64,000 bases of DNA from Eledone cirrhosa. Taxonomy: Eukaryota. The DNA is taken from positions 30,442,001 to 30,506,000 of the forward strand of contig OZ024742.1 in the NCBI GenBank assembly GCA_964016885.1, in the 5' to 3' direction. A program made the translations under genes and the position numbers. Each line of letters opens with the position of its first letter. The stretch's first letter is position 1. Below are positions 48,973 to 63,184 of this stretch, piece after piece. The notes beneath the pieces are model-generated. The model worked only from the letters and a program-made list of their open reading frames with translations. It searched no databases and had not been told where the DNA came from.

Positions 48973-51900
48973 ATAAATATGCTGCGTAAGTTAAATGAAA
49001 CGTACTGCAGAAGGCAACAGTTTATTAACAGCGAAATAGCGTTTTTTTTCCTGATACTGCTTCTTTATAATAAACTGTAGCAGTGGCCTCCCTTGTTGTG
49101 ACTCACAACCCCAATAGATTAACAACATCTAGACGGGAAGTAGAACCCTTTCTGTAACATCCGGTCAGAACCCTATAAAACTAACAACTTTAAGTTCTCA
49201 GCCTCTCATTTGCCCTTCCGGCGCCTGGCCTTCGCCAGGCGTCTTCTGCCAGCCTGCGTTTGCCTGGCAATCAAAACGGTAACTACTAACTTTGCTTCAT
49301 TCTTTCATCTATTTCATTGACATGTCAACTATACTGTTAAATTGTTGATTAAATATTATACACACAAACCATGTCTCCTTGTTACATTCATACAACCCAG
49401 TATCTTCGCTATATTGGTAACCCTGACGTGATACCAACACGCAGCCGTTCATTGTTATAAGTGGTCACCCCGAAAAAAGAAAAAAATAGCAGAATCTGGT
49501 GTTGTGTGAGTAACATTACGAATACACAGCAAATTTATTGACAAACTATGAAAATACTCAGTCAAAGAAACGAACACACCACGCACATGTGAAATTCGCG
49601 TTCAGACAGACTTTTTCTCTCACGCATCAACTAACTGTCGCATTTCACGATATATATATATATATATATGTTTCTCGTTTCTTACAACGAACACTTTCAA
49701 AAAAAAAAAAATTAAAAAAAAAAAAGAAATTTGATATTTTTTTTTAAACATTTCAACAGGAAAATTTATTTTCGATGAACCCTTGCCTTTTTTTTTTTTC
49801 ATCGTTTTCTTCATCGTTCAAGTTTTTTTTCAAAGTTCACACCAATAATTATGCTAAGTGAAGTCTTTCTTTTTCATCATTGTCACTTTCACACTTGCAC
49901 TATCATTTTCTCGCGCGTTAGAAATATTATTTTTTTAAACCTAACTTAACCTTGTATTGGCACGTGTAGGCAGCACAAATTCTCGACTCACAGAGATATC
50001 TCGACTCACAGAGATAGCCGCACGCCAGAGATAACGTTTCTCGCCAAGGATTCTTCAGCCTTAAGCTATATTCTCCTATTTGCCGGTTTAATAATTTACC
50101 ACGTAAATTTGCCGTTGAAAACTGCGCATTTATTCAGAATGCTTATTTCTTTGGTCGCTGGCCTCTTGACCCTTCCAGGTCAACGCATTCTCAACATCGA
50201 CCATCAACTTCGGCTGTTATTTCTAGCACTTTGCGCAACTCATTTTTTCTGAAAAAAATTTTTTTACTGAGAATTTAAACACCGAATACGCTCACTCCGC
50301 GAGACAGCAACACAGCTTCACCAACAACCAAAACCAGCAGAACAAGCCAGAGAATTTATTTTTGCAGCACTCTTCCTGTGAGAAAATCCATTCGGAGGTT
50401 GGAAATTTCACGATATACCACAGAACAGAAACCACCTGCATTCATTCTCTGGAACACACTTTCTTTCCTGCTGTCATGTGATTGCACACCTGTGAACTAT
50501 ATTTTGTACATTTGAACTTTGAGCTCTTCTCTTACTTTATTACATTGTATCTTTGGGTGATGGATAGATAGAGGTCCAGTCGTTCTCTGGCCAAGAGCGG
50601 TTGGCTACCTTGATATCTATCATTGATTTTTGCAAACATTCTTTTGTCGTAATTTTCATGCCTGTTACATAATTGTCCCTAAACTTATGATGATGATGAT
50701 GATGGTAATGGTCTGAACCACAATCACCAGCAGTTGATTTAGACTTTGAATCGGTTCCATTTTTTACATTGTTCTTTTGTCTCTGTCTTCTTTTTGTGGT
50801 GAATAAATCACGTATGGCAGGCAATACAGCAACATCTGACATCACCAATGGCCTGAACGCACGTGATTTAGGTTTTTTACTAGAATCTTTTGATTTGGAA
50901 GGATTGGTAATTAAGGCTGTTTTAGAATCATCTACATGAATCACTGTGATAAGCCAAAGCAAGTTTCATGTGAGCACATAAGTAACGTATGTGATTGAAC
51001 TGTTTGCCACTCTGCTGACACTTGTGAGGTGTGTTCCCAGTGCGTTTGTTCACGTGATCATTGATATTTACGTTTCCTAACATCTTTGTATGTTTCTAAG
51101 TGATCCTTACATGTATTACTTTCAAAGAATCTCCAGATTCTAGCTGTTGTTGTTCTAGTCGAAGACCATCGACCATTAATGTCATTCCCTCACTGATTAC
51201 TGTTTTATTCTGCTGCCAGGACGTGTCTCCTTTACAGCGAGGCTGATGGTGTTTTAGTGTCGCAGCACATGAAAATGGTTTGTTGCAATTCTGACACACG
51301 TATTTACTGATTCCGGTATGAATGACCATGTGTTGCAGAAGTTTTGACTTGAACTTGAATGCTCGATCACAACAAGTACACTTAAACGGTTTCTCTGTGG
51401 TGTGGATATGTATCTGATGTTTCATCAACATCGTACGGAAAGCAAACCCTTTGCCACACTGCTGGCACTTGTGAGGTTTGTTCCCAGTGTGCTTGTTCAC
51501 ATGATCATTGAAATTAGCTTTACTAATGTGCTTTTGACCGCAGTATTCACAAGTAAATCGATATTTACGTTTGCTAACATCTTTGTGTGTTTCTAAGTGA
51601 TCCTTAAGTGTATTACTTTCAAAGAAACGCCATCCACATAAGTTACATTGGTGTTTCTTGATTCCTTCATGACGTTTCATGTGACTACGTAAGTAACGTA
51701 TGTGATTGAACTGTTTGCCACACTGTTTACACTCGGCTGCTTTCTCTTTTGTATGAACAGCTTGTATATGAGTGATCAAATGGTTTCCTTTGGAAAAGAG
51801 TTTCCCACACAAATTACACAACTTAGAATCATCTACATGAATCTCTTTGTGATTAACCAAAGCAGAATAATTTGAAGCCACAAAACTGCACTGATTACAT

Positions 51901-52794
51901 TTCATAGATGCCTTTTTAGGATCAGGTTCTTTAGTAATTTTGTGTATAAAACTCATGTGCCAGTTCAATTTGGCAGTTCCTTGAAAGTTTTTACCACATA
52001 TAGAACAGTAAACAATAGACTTTGAATCGGTCCCATCTTTTAGATTATTCTTTTGACTCTGACTTCTTTTTGAGGAGAATAAATCACAGATGACAGTCAA
52101 TACAACATCTGACAACACTAATGGCTTGAATATGCGCGATTTAGGTTTTTTACTAGAATCTTTTGATTCATCAGGATCTTTTTCACAAAAGGATTCTTCG
52201 GTAACACTGACATTATTGCTGCCGTCTTTCCGTGGCCGTCCTCATTTTCTCTTTACTCTGTTAGCACCTGGGCTTTCTACATCTGGTCTGGGTGTGACAA
52301 CTGGGCTTTGTACATCTGGTCTGGGTGTGACAACTGGGCTTTGTACATCTGGTCTGGGTGTGACAACTTTCTGGTCCTTAACATTGCTCTGCTTTAAGCA
52401 GCTGTTTAACTTTCGAGGCCACCCCGTTTCTTGGGAGAAGGTACTAGAACCACCACACTGTCCCCTGGACTTTCAGGAACTTTCTCACTGCTAACTTTAG
52501 CTCTCTTTAAACTGGGTTCTTTCAATGTAACATTCGTATCTTTGTCAGAATTATTTAAGGGCCGTTTGTTCCGCTGACTCGGAGACTGGCTGGAACTGGT
52601 ATTTTTTGACACTTTATCACTTTTACTTAGAATAGGTGAACTCGTTTCACAAATTGGTAGACTTTTCTCTTCTGACAATGAGTCCACTTCAACCTGTATG
52701 CCAGCATCCACACAGTTCTTTGGGTACATATCTGGAAAATTAAAAGAAAGAAATAATAATAATGATATCACAAATGAGAGCTAGAGAACAATAA

Positions 52795-53170
52795 GGTAAA
52801 GCTCTTACAGGACTTCTTAATTCAGACCGAGATGAAGATTGAATACGACAAACCAGGTATTGTTGTAATTGAGAAGGAAATAAACTATACCCTCATAGAT
52901 GTAGTGTGTCCTTTTGACACCAGAATTGAATGAAAAGTGGAGAAAGTAGGGGCTTATACCAACTTAAACTATGAGATTTTAAAATACTGGAGTAATGAAG
53001 TGAAGACAGTCACCATTGTCCCAGTGGTGATTGGTGCTCTTGACATGGTGACAAAGAACCTTGAAAACTACCTGTCGAAAATAGATTTTGTACCAAGGAT
53101 TGAACTGCTTAAGAAGTCATGCCTACTGGGAACAGCAGAAATATTGAGAAAGGTTCTGGACTACCAGTAA
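52795..53170 (+). mobile_element. 3' fragment of R4/Dong-like LINE (restriction-like endonuclease); second related fragment about 53330-53540
   Basis: DFLIQT..IE..KPGIVVI...IDVVCPFD...IVPVVIGALDMV...KSCLLGTAEILRKVL. Confidence 0.75.
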
Positions 53171-53568
53171 TAGTGAAATGACAAGGAATTATATGAAAAA
53201 GTTGGTGTTACCCTAGGTTACTAGTTGTAGCCCAGTATTCCCTAAAATAACCGGTCCAAAACAACATTAAGGTTGGTCATGATAAATAGTCAAATAATAA
53301 TAATATTAAAAGCATCCCATGTGATCACAATATTGCAACAAAAAATTTTGACAAGCTCATTGAAATTTTTAAAATGTGGCATCTCAAGGTGGTTCAATAC
53401 CAGTGGTTGTAGGAGCACTAAGAATGATCAAAAAAGGAACAAAAATTACTTCAGAATGATCCCTGGCTTACCAGGACTGCAAGAAGTGCAAAAAATTGTT
53501 TTAACTGGTACAGTACACATATTGAGAAGAGCACTATAGCTGATTTAATTATATTTCATAATTATATA

Positions 53569-55414
53569 AGAGATAAATGTGTCCGGAATGATGCCGGTGT
53601 ACTTAGTGTCACGAATGATCAGAAAAAGGAGGCCTGGAAATGTCATTATGAGAGACTGATGAATGTGGAGAACAAATGGGAGAGAGAGAAATTACCCTCA
53701 GTAGATCCGACAGAGGGATCAGCTATTGAGATTGACGAATATAGGGTCCAAGAGGCGATTAAGGAAATGAAAAATGGTAAGGCTGCTGGACCGCCGGGGA
53801 TAGTTGCTGAGATGCTAAAGGCATCAGGGGACGTAGGCACTAAACTGGTTGCACGCATCATCAATCAGGCTATATATGGTGGTGTCATACCCAAAGAGTG
53901 ATGCAGCAGTATTCTCATAAATTGCTACAAAGGTAAAGGGGATGCTCTGGAGAGGAGCAATTATAGGGGTATAAAACTGATGGATCAGATTATGAAAGTG
54001 GCGGAAAGGATATTAGCCCAACTAATTAGAGAAAGGGTCAAACTAGATGAGATGCAGTTTGGTTTTGTGAAGAGTACAACAGATGCCCTCTTCTTGGTGA
54101 GACAATTACAAGAGAGGTTCTGAGAGAAGAATAAGCCACTATACTTAGCCTTTGTTGACCTAGAGAAGGCCTTTGATAGGGTACCCCGATCTGTCATCTG
54201 GTGGTCCCTAAGGAAACTAGGTGTTGAGGAATGGCTTGTGAGGACAGTGCAAACTTTGTACAGAGGTACTGTCAGTAAAGTCAGGGTAGGAATGGAGTTT
54301 AGTAAGGAATTCCAGATACAAGTAGGAGTACATCAAGGTTCGGTCCTCAGCCTGCTCGTGTTCATTATAGTCCTCCAAGCCATAACAGAGAAGTTTAAGA
54401 CTGGCTGTCCATGGGAACTTCTCTATGCTGATGATCTGGTTCTTATAGCAGAATCAGTAGAGGAGCTAGAGAATAAATTCTGGCTATGGAAACAGCAGTT
54501 GGAAGCAAGAGGACTGAGAGTGAACCTAGCTAAGACAAAAGTGTTGATGAGTAGAAAAGAGGATAAAACCCTGATTCCGTCAGGGAAATAGCCATGTTCG
54601 ATATGCAGAAAAGGAACTGGCATAAATTCTATAAAATGTACACAATGCAGATCCTGGGTACACAAGAGATGTAGTGGGATAGCAGGCAAACTAACAGGTA
54701 GGGAGAAATACGTATGCAGTAGATGTACAGGGAAATTTGCCAGTAGAAGTCGCATTGATAGACACCTTTTTCAAATGCAGGCGGGTGCTATAGAAGTGGT
54801 GTATAGCTTCCGGTACCTAGGAGATCAGATTAGCATGGGAGGGGGTGTTCCGAGGCCATAGTATCTAGAATAAGGACAGGTTGGAAGAAATTTAGGGAGC
54901 TGCTTCCTCTGCTGACGAAGAAGGGTTTCTCCCTGCATACGAAAGGCCGGTTATATGATGCCTGTGTGAGGAGCGCGATGCTGCATGGTAGTGAGACATG
55001 GGCAGCAACTGCAGAGGATATGCGACAGCTGGAGAGAAATGAGGCAAGCATGCTCTATTGGATGTGCAATGTCAATGTGCATGAATGACCCAGCATGAAT
55101 GTGTTGAGAGAGAAACTGTGTCTGAGAGGGATAGAATGTAGTGTGCGAGAGAGGAGACTGAGGTGGTATGGACATGTGATGCGCATGGAGGATGACCGAT
55201 GGGCGAAGAAGTGCCAGGAAATGCCAGTTGAAGGAAGACGTGGTAGAGGTAGACCATGAAAAACATGGGCGGAGGTGGTGAGAACAGACCTCAGATCACT
55301 GAAGCTCACGGTGGAGATGACGAAGGACCGTGACAAGTGGAGAGATGCTGTGCTGAATAAGACCCGTCCCACCCTTGCAAGCAGGGAAAAGCGGACATAA
55401 AATGATGATGATGA
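53569..55414 (+). mobile_element. 5'-truncated RTE LINE, same family as 7967-9893
   Basis: High nucleotide similarity to the 8064-9893 segment; LYADD present; several stops; (GAT)n tail. Confidence 0.92.
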
Positions 55415-58114
55415 TATAAGTTGTAAATAATTGAATATTATTCTATTTTTTAAATGATTTTAATCAGGTAATGTACACATCATCATCATCATCATCATCA
55501 TCATCGTTTAACATCTATCTTTCATGCTAGCATGGGCCTGTATAAAGCAAATGATATACCTTTATCTGTGTAAAGTGTGTGACATGAACAATCTAGTGTG
55601 TATATTTTCATGGCTCATCAATCTATGCTGTGACAGTAGAGTGTTCAGAACATAGTTGTATGTGGTACAGTGTTCAGAAGATAGTTGTATGTGGTACCAG
55701 ACAGTAGGTGTCAAGGACATAGTTTTATGTGGTACAGGACAATACAGTATTAAGGACATAGTTTTATGTGGTACAAGACAGTACAGTGCTAAGGACATAG
55801 TTTTATGTGGTACAGGACAATACAGTATTAATGATACAGTTTTATGCGGTACCAGACAGTACAGTGCTAAGGACACAGTTTTATGCTGTACCAGACAGTA
55901 CAGTGTTAAGGACATAGTTTTACTAACCCCCATCAGTTTGAGTAGTTTTCTCTTCATATTGTTTTGTGTGTCTTATCTGTTCTGTATTCACATCTCCAGT
56001 AATGGCCTGAAAGTGAAATAGAAGAGAAGGTTATTCCAAATATATGTAGAGAACATTAGTTGATGTGTAGAGAAAGTCACGTGTGTATAGAGTAAGTCAC
56101 GTGTGTAGAGTAAGTCACATGTGTAAATACAAAGTCACAATATGTGTGTGTAAATACAAAGAGTCCTCCCAATCCTTTGTTTGACAAGCTTTCTACAGTT
56201 GGAAGGCCTTCCTAACACCAACCACTTTACAGTGTGGACTGGGTGCTTTTATTGTGTAGGTCACCAACACTAGGGAGGCTGTCATGTCTTTGACACAACT
56301 GAAGAGTACTCTCAACCCTTTATTTAGCAAGCTTTCTACGGCTGGATGTATCAGGTGCAATTTTGTGGCACCAATGGTTGAGCAGTTGTTGATCCTTGTC
56401 CCACTGGAAGAGCACCCTCTCTTCTGTAGAGATTTGGATAGGAGCAATAGGAAAAAGTATGAAGTTATATTAGAGAATGTTCAATATGTGACTCTTTGTT
56501 TGGCAAGTTTTCTATGGCTAGATACTCTTACTATCACCATTTACTTTACAGAGTGTATTGGGTGTGTTTATTATATAGATCACCAATATTAGAGAGGTTG
56601 TTTTGTCTTTGACACAGTGGAAGAGTCCTCCCAACTATTTGTTTAGAAAGTCCTTGCTAACACCAACCACTTTACAGAGTGTAGTGGGTGTATAGCAAAA
56701 ACGAAAAAAATAAATAGATGAAAAAATGATTTAACCCTTTAGCATTTACATTACTCTATATATACTATTGTATTTTTGTGGTAAAGGCTTTATCTTATAT
56801 AATTATCTCACATAATATCGAATCTATAAGATTTTGATATTATATATTTTGAGAACAATACCTAACATCAGTATGAGCGGCCGGTTACAGTTGGTTTGAA
56901 CAGAAAGAGGCGAGAGAATTCTGACCAGATACGGCTGATTTAAATGCTGAAGGGTTAAAAAAATAAAGTATCGAGTTTCAGGAAAAAAAAAATCAAAGAA
57001 AATTCAAAATACAATTCTTACTTTTAATAGCAATTCTTTAGACATTTGTAAAAATTTCATGGCTCCAACCAATTCATGTACATGAAGGTTTCCTATCTCT
57101 TCAGTGCTTCAGACCAATTCTGCACCAGAAATCTCAATGTTACCTTTATCACGAAGAGCACTGATGCATCTCTCAGACAGTTTGGCAATAACATATTCAT
57201 ATATCTAAAATATACAGAGACAAAACAGGAGAGAATATAGCTATAACATATAAAAAAAAAGGACTCAGTTCACCCTTTAAAGTGGTTGTGTTGATGACGC
57301 GATAAAAAGCACCCAGGCCACCTTGTAAAGTGGTTGTGTTGGTGATATGACAAAAGGTACCCATACCACCCCATAAAAAGGTTGTGTTGTTGACACAATA
57401 TAAATCAGTCAGTCCAACCTGTTAGTTGGTTGTTTTGGTGCCACAATAGAAAGCACCAATTTCTTGCTGTAAATGTGGGAGACATTAGAAAGGGTATCCA
57501 GCCATAGAAACCAAGCGAGAAACAGTTCTGTATGATCAAGACATGGTCCTCTTATCTGACTTGTCTCACAACAGGACAACTTGTCTAACCCATGCTAGCA
57601 AATGGTGATGAAATGTAAATGTTGGTTTTGTTAACTCTGTATAGCATGAAACCACATTAGCAAGACATTCTTGAAAAAAAAAGTACAAAACTGCATCATA
57701 CTAAATACTAGTCTTTACTCTAATATTGCTAATTTTCACAAAAATCTGTCCACTAGTAATCATCACAGTTTTATGTCTATTTTCCATGCTAGCATGGGTT
57801 AGACGGGTTGTCATATTCTGAGACTTAACAGGCAGGTCAGGCGACTGTGTCTCACTCATATATTCCATTTTGGCATGGTTTCTATAGCTGGATGCCCTTG
57901 CTAATGCCAACCACTTCACAGCGTGATGGCACTATCACTACTACCTGACAAGATGAACAGAGTGCTTTTTTCCATGGCACCAGCACAATAGTAAAGATAT
58001 TACAAACATTTAGCACCAATATATTGAGTTGACTGCGATTTTATGGACAATTTCAATGAATAAATCATCCCACCTAAGAATAACTGCCATGTAATATATA
58101 TATATATATATATA

Positions 58115-58914
58115 CCATATTTTTTGGAATATAAGATGCACCAGAATATAGGACGCACTCTAAATTTAACATGAATAGCCAGGAAAAATAAAATTAAGGG
58201 GCATTAACACTTTTAACGCTATCAAAATTTTAATCACTTTAAAAACTTATAAAATCATGTCTACTGTCATCATTAATTTCCTGGCTGTCACCCTCGTCTA
58301 GTTCCTGAAATTCATCATCTTTCTCACATTCCTCAGGGTCATCACTGTTTACAGAATCACTTGTGTCCCTATCGTTATACAGAAAATCATCTTTGGTGCC
58401 ATCTAGGGCAGTGCTGATACCACATTTATTGGACCCCACAAGTTTTTCACCCACTGGGTTATCTGGGAAAATGTAGGCCTCTTCATACATCCTGTTGGTG
58501 TCATTCAATTATCCCATTCCTCTCTCATGTGTGCCTTAAAAGTATTGTTTAGTGAATCCACAGGGTACGACAGCTATTTCAGTGTTTAAGTTCTTTACCC
58601 TCCTTACTGTATTCTCAGCCGTATGTGCATGAAATTGATTTCAAACCAGAGGTGATGGTCTTTTGAGTAAAGCGCCATGATGCCGTGACCATACTTTATC
58701 TAGCTATAACTTATTTGCAGTATGACATAGTTCAAAGTTTCTGAGTTGTCAAGAACCCAGGTTTTCAGTTCTTCAAGTTGAGGCCATTTTTTAATTATAA
58801 AATTTTTACAAACGGTAATTACCCCATACCAGACCATCACCTTATAAGATGCACTGTGGCTTTGAAGGTCAAATTTTGGAAAGAAAAGTGCATCCTATAT
58901 TCTGAAAAATACAG
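58115..58914 (-). mobile_element. Internally deleted pogo/Tc2-like DNA transposon
   Basis: TA-flanked TIRs CCATATTTTTTGGAATATAAGATGCAC / GTGCATCCTATATTCTGAAAAATACAG; remnant KCGISTALDGTKDDFLY resembles pogo-family transposase C-termini; absent at the paralogous site about 31430-31452. Confidence 0.8.
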
Positions 58915-61900
58915 TATATATAAGGGTATGCTGAAAAGTTCATAGGCTGACTATGAAGGAGTGATGCTAGAACTATGAAATCTTGCATGCATTAATTTTA
59001 ACTCTTCTTATTAATAACTGCATTGTTCCTTTCCAGGGATTTTGTTGAAAAATAAACACCATTTGGTCGTTCCATGAGAGTATCTTGGTCACCCTATGAA
59101 CTTTTTAGCCGACCCTCGTATATATATTTTGAATAAAAAATGAAGTTGATACCTCTAAATCTTTTAAGGATTGTGTTTGAGAGGTTTCCTCTCTTTCAAC
59201 AGGTGTTACTTCACTGCACCCTGAGACTTCTCTCAGGGTTCTCGTTCCCACCAATATCTTCATCCTGTTCAGCCATGAGAAACGTAGAAGATAGGTCCCC
59301 ATTGATTTCGGTCTCGTCTGGTTGATATTTACTTTCAGAGTTTTCCACAATAGATTCCTCTTGTATGGTAGACACACTACGCTTCGATACTTTTGAAGAA
59401 ACAAAGCCAGGACAGATTTTTAAATGATGCGCAAAATCTGTACGTTGTCGCCATGTTGACCCACAAGTCGGGCAATGAAAGTGGTAACGGATTTTATGAC
59501 AACCTTTCTTAAATTCACAATTTCCAATATTGAATATTCTGTAAAATAGAACATGTACACTGTCATTTATGTGAGAGATGAAGTGAAAAGATTTTTAGAT
59601 ACCATACCTGTGTGTCAACAATGTTAGTGTGTGTATATGACACTCAATTTAAAAGAACTGGTGCTATGATAAAATGTTCCCAGTCCATCCTGTAAGATGG
59701 TAGTGTTTGTGCTATGATAAAATGTTCTCAGTCCACCCTGTAAGATGGTAGTGCTGGTATCACAATAAAACGCACTCAGTGTTTGCTGTAAAGTGGTTGG
59801 CTTCAGGAAAGCCATCCAGTAGTAGAAACCAAACCAAAAATGAAATGTGTTGGTGCCATTATAAAATGATCCAGTCATAGAAATCAAGCCAAAAATGGAA
59901 TGTATGAGCAAGACACGATCATCTGACCAGTCCAGTTTCAGTACATGACAGCCTGTCTAGCCCATGCAAGCACAGAAAAGAATTGTTAAATAATAATTAT
60001 GAAGATGATGTTGAAGAGGAGGATAAAAATGTTTTTTTTTTATATATAACATCCTGTACCACATCGAACCACATTAGCAAGACATTCTTGAAAAATATAT
60101 AACAGCACTATGAGTGTATTATCATCATCATCGTCATTGCATGGTCACATTATGAGATAAGTCAGGACCGGAGATCACGTCATGCTCATAAATATCTGTA
60201 TTTTGGCTTGGTTTCTACAGCTGAATGCCCTTCCTAATACCAATCACATTACAGTGTATCACATTAAATATTAAATATTTACTTTAATTTTCACAGCAAT
60301 CTGCCCACTAGTAAAAATACTATAAACATTTGAATTAACATAAACCCCTTTTTGAGATATTTTCTGCTAAACCATAACTGGATGTTAAGAATAAAATGCC
60401 TTGCAGTATTTTTTTTTTCTGGCTCTCTGTGCTTTGAGTTTAAATCCTATCAAGGTCAACTTTACCTTAAGGTCAAGGTCAATAAGCAAAATACCAATCC
60501 AGGGTGGTGGATTGGTGGAATTGTTAGAATGGGATGCCTTGTGGTATTTGTTCTGTCACTGAGTATTCTCAAATCAAATCCTGCTGCATATCACCAGATA
60601 ATGGTGACATAATAAGACCATGGGAACATTATCATTAACTCTTAACATCCTGTACCACATGAAACAACATTAGCAAGACATTCTTGAAAAGTCTAATACA
60701 ACAATATCACATTAAATCACATTAAATATTAAAGTCTATACTTATATACTTACATTAACCTTTTAGCATTTAAACTGGCTATATCCGGCCAGAATTCTCT
60801 CACCTCTTTCTGTTCAAACCGGCTGTAACTAGCCGCTCATATTGATGTTAAGGTATTGTTCTCAAAATAAATAATATCAAAATCTCATAGATTCAATATT
60901 ATGTGAGATAATTATGTGAAATAAAGTGTTTACCATGAAAATATAATAGTAAATATAAAGTAATATAAATGCTAAAGGGTTAATACTATCAATTTTCACA
61001 CTAATCTGTCCACTAGTAAAGATCCTATTAACATCTATATTAACAAACCTGTTTTTAAATATTTTCTGCTAAATCACAAGATATTAATAGTTAATACTGC
61101 AGATTTTCAAAATAATTTGTCCACTATGTTCTAGTAAATATACTTTAAACATTTGTATTAACAAAACTAATTTTAAATGCATTCGTGAGTTCTATATCGA
61201 ATAATAATATTGGATTTGTTTGTAAGCAAACAGCCTCATTACACTATGTTTTTTAAATGACAATCGCCATCCTTTTGTTCTAGTTAGAAAAATAGCATCT
61301 TGATGGTCATCTAAAAAACATAGTGTAATGAGGCTGTTTGCTTGGATAGCTAGGGTCATCTAAAACATAGTATAATGAGGCTGTTTGCTTGGATAGCTAG
61401 GGTCATCTAAAAAACATAGTGTAATGAAGCTGTTTGCTTGCAAACGAATCGAATATTATTATTATTCGATATAAAGCTCATAGTATGTTAGAGCAAAAAA
61501 ACAAATTCTAATTTTGCTTTTAAATATTTTCTGCTAAATTATAACAAAGTGTTAAGAGCTAATACCACAGATTTTTCAAAACACTAGTACAGAGCCTGTA
61601 AATATTTTCATTAATAACCTGTTTTTATATATATTCTGCTAAATTATAGCAGGATGTTAAAAGTTAAAACAGCCAAGAAACTCAACTAAACTGCAACCTG
61701 ATTGGAGGACAGCTAAACTTAGATGTGAGCCATAACATGAACAAATAATTCTCATCATACATCTACAAGCTGATCAATAATATAGTAAAAAGAATGGTGG
61801 ATTTGTAGAATTGGTAGAATGTCGGATAACATGTCATAGCAATATTTGTTCTGGCTCTTTACATTCTGAGTTCAAATCCCACCGAGGTCAATATTGCCTT

Positions 61901-63021
61901 TCATCTTTCCAGGGTCAATAAAATACCAGTCAAATACTGGAGTTGATCTAATCAATTTCGTCCTTCCCCTAAATTTACTGACCTTCTGCCTATATTTAGA
62001 ACTCAATAATATGGTAATATAGTCATGGAATATATCTACCTTTGTACTGGATCCTTCTCTTCCAATGAGCATAGTAATGATATTGGAGGTGCTGTTGGAA
62101 ATTTGGTTTGAATTTCTCTTTCGTACACAATGTACAATGGTATTTATGGCCACAGTTACAGTCGGCAGCATAACACTTTTCCATGGGTAGATCATTCAGG
62201 GTACGTACAATGGACTGGTGATACTAGAAGGAATAGTAACATAGAGTTACATAAAGCAGAATTCTATCATTATTTTATGTAAAACCCTTTAAGTTATATT
62301 TTAAGTGGAACTTTAATAATAAGAAGTTAGTTATATTACTAAACCTCACCAAATTCTTGATTATTTTCAAAATGAGTTTTTCATCAGAAACATTACCACA
62401 CAAACTCCTCCCAATCGAATTAACTTTTACATAAAACTGAATGATTTATTGGGAGGCAAAGGAAAGGACCATTGGTAAGCTTACCTTTAAACCTTTCACA
62501 TCTCAAGGATGGGGGGACGTTCTCAAGTTCTTTTGAAAGAAGAGAGGTAGCCTTTTTCCAGTTGTCTGACAGAGCCCTGGAATTGTGAGGTTGTTCCATA
62601 CAGCGCCATAAATGGTTAATAAGTGGGCTTCGGCGGTTTCGCAGGACATTGCAAACAGGGCAATGGTAATGTGGGCCTGATCCTTGGACATCAACTATGG
62701 AAGGATCAGCTGAGGGTTCAGAACCCTTCACCTTAGTATTAGGGGTCACAGTATCTGAAGTACTTTTCACATTTGCTGCTTTATAACATGATTCATCCTT
62801 ACAAAGGTGGATTTCTTTACCTAAACAAAGATTAAAGATAGCTTTTAAATAGCACATGACGATGATGGTGATGGTAATGATGATGGTGGTGGTGATGGTG
62901 GTAGTAATGATGATGGTAGTAGTGATGATGGTGGTGGTGGTGATGGTGATGATGGTGGTAGTGGTGTTGGTGATGATGGTGGTGATGATGTTAGTGGTGA
63001 TGATGATGGTAGTGGTAGTGG

Positions 63022-63052
<31 letters not shown>

Positions 63053-63153
63053 GATGATGATGGTGGTGGTAATGGTAATGATGATGGTAGTGGTGTTGGT
63101 GATGATGGTAGTGGTGATGATGATGATGATGGTGGTGGTGATGATGGTAGTGG

Positions 63154-63184
<31 letters not shown>

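Noticed and set aside
50540-50962. 140-aa ORF
   Set aside because: Chimeric read-through of rearranged pseudogene pieces into unrelated flank
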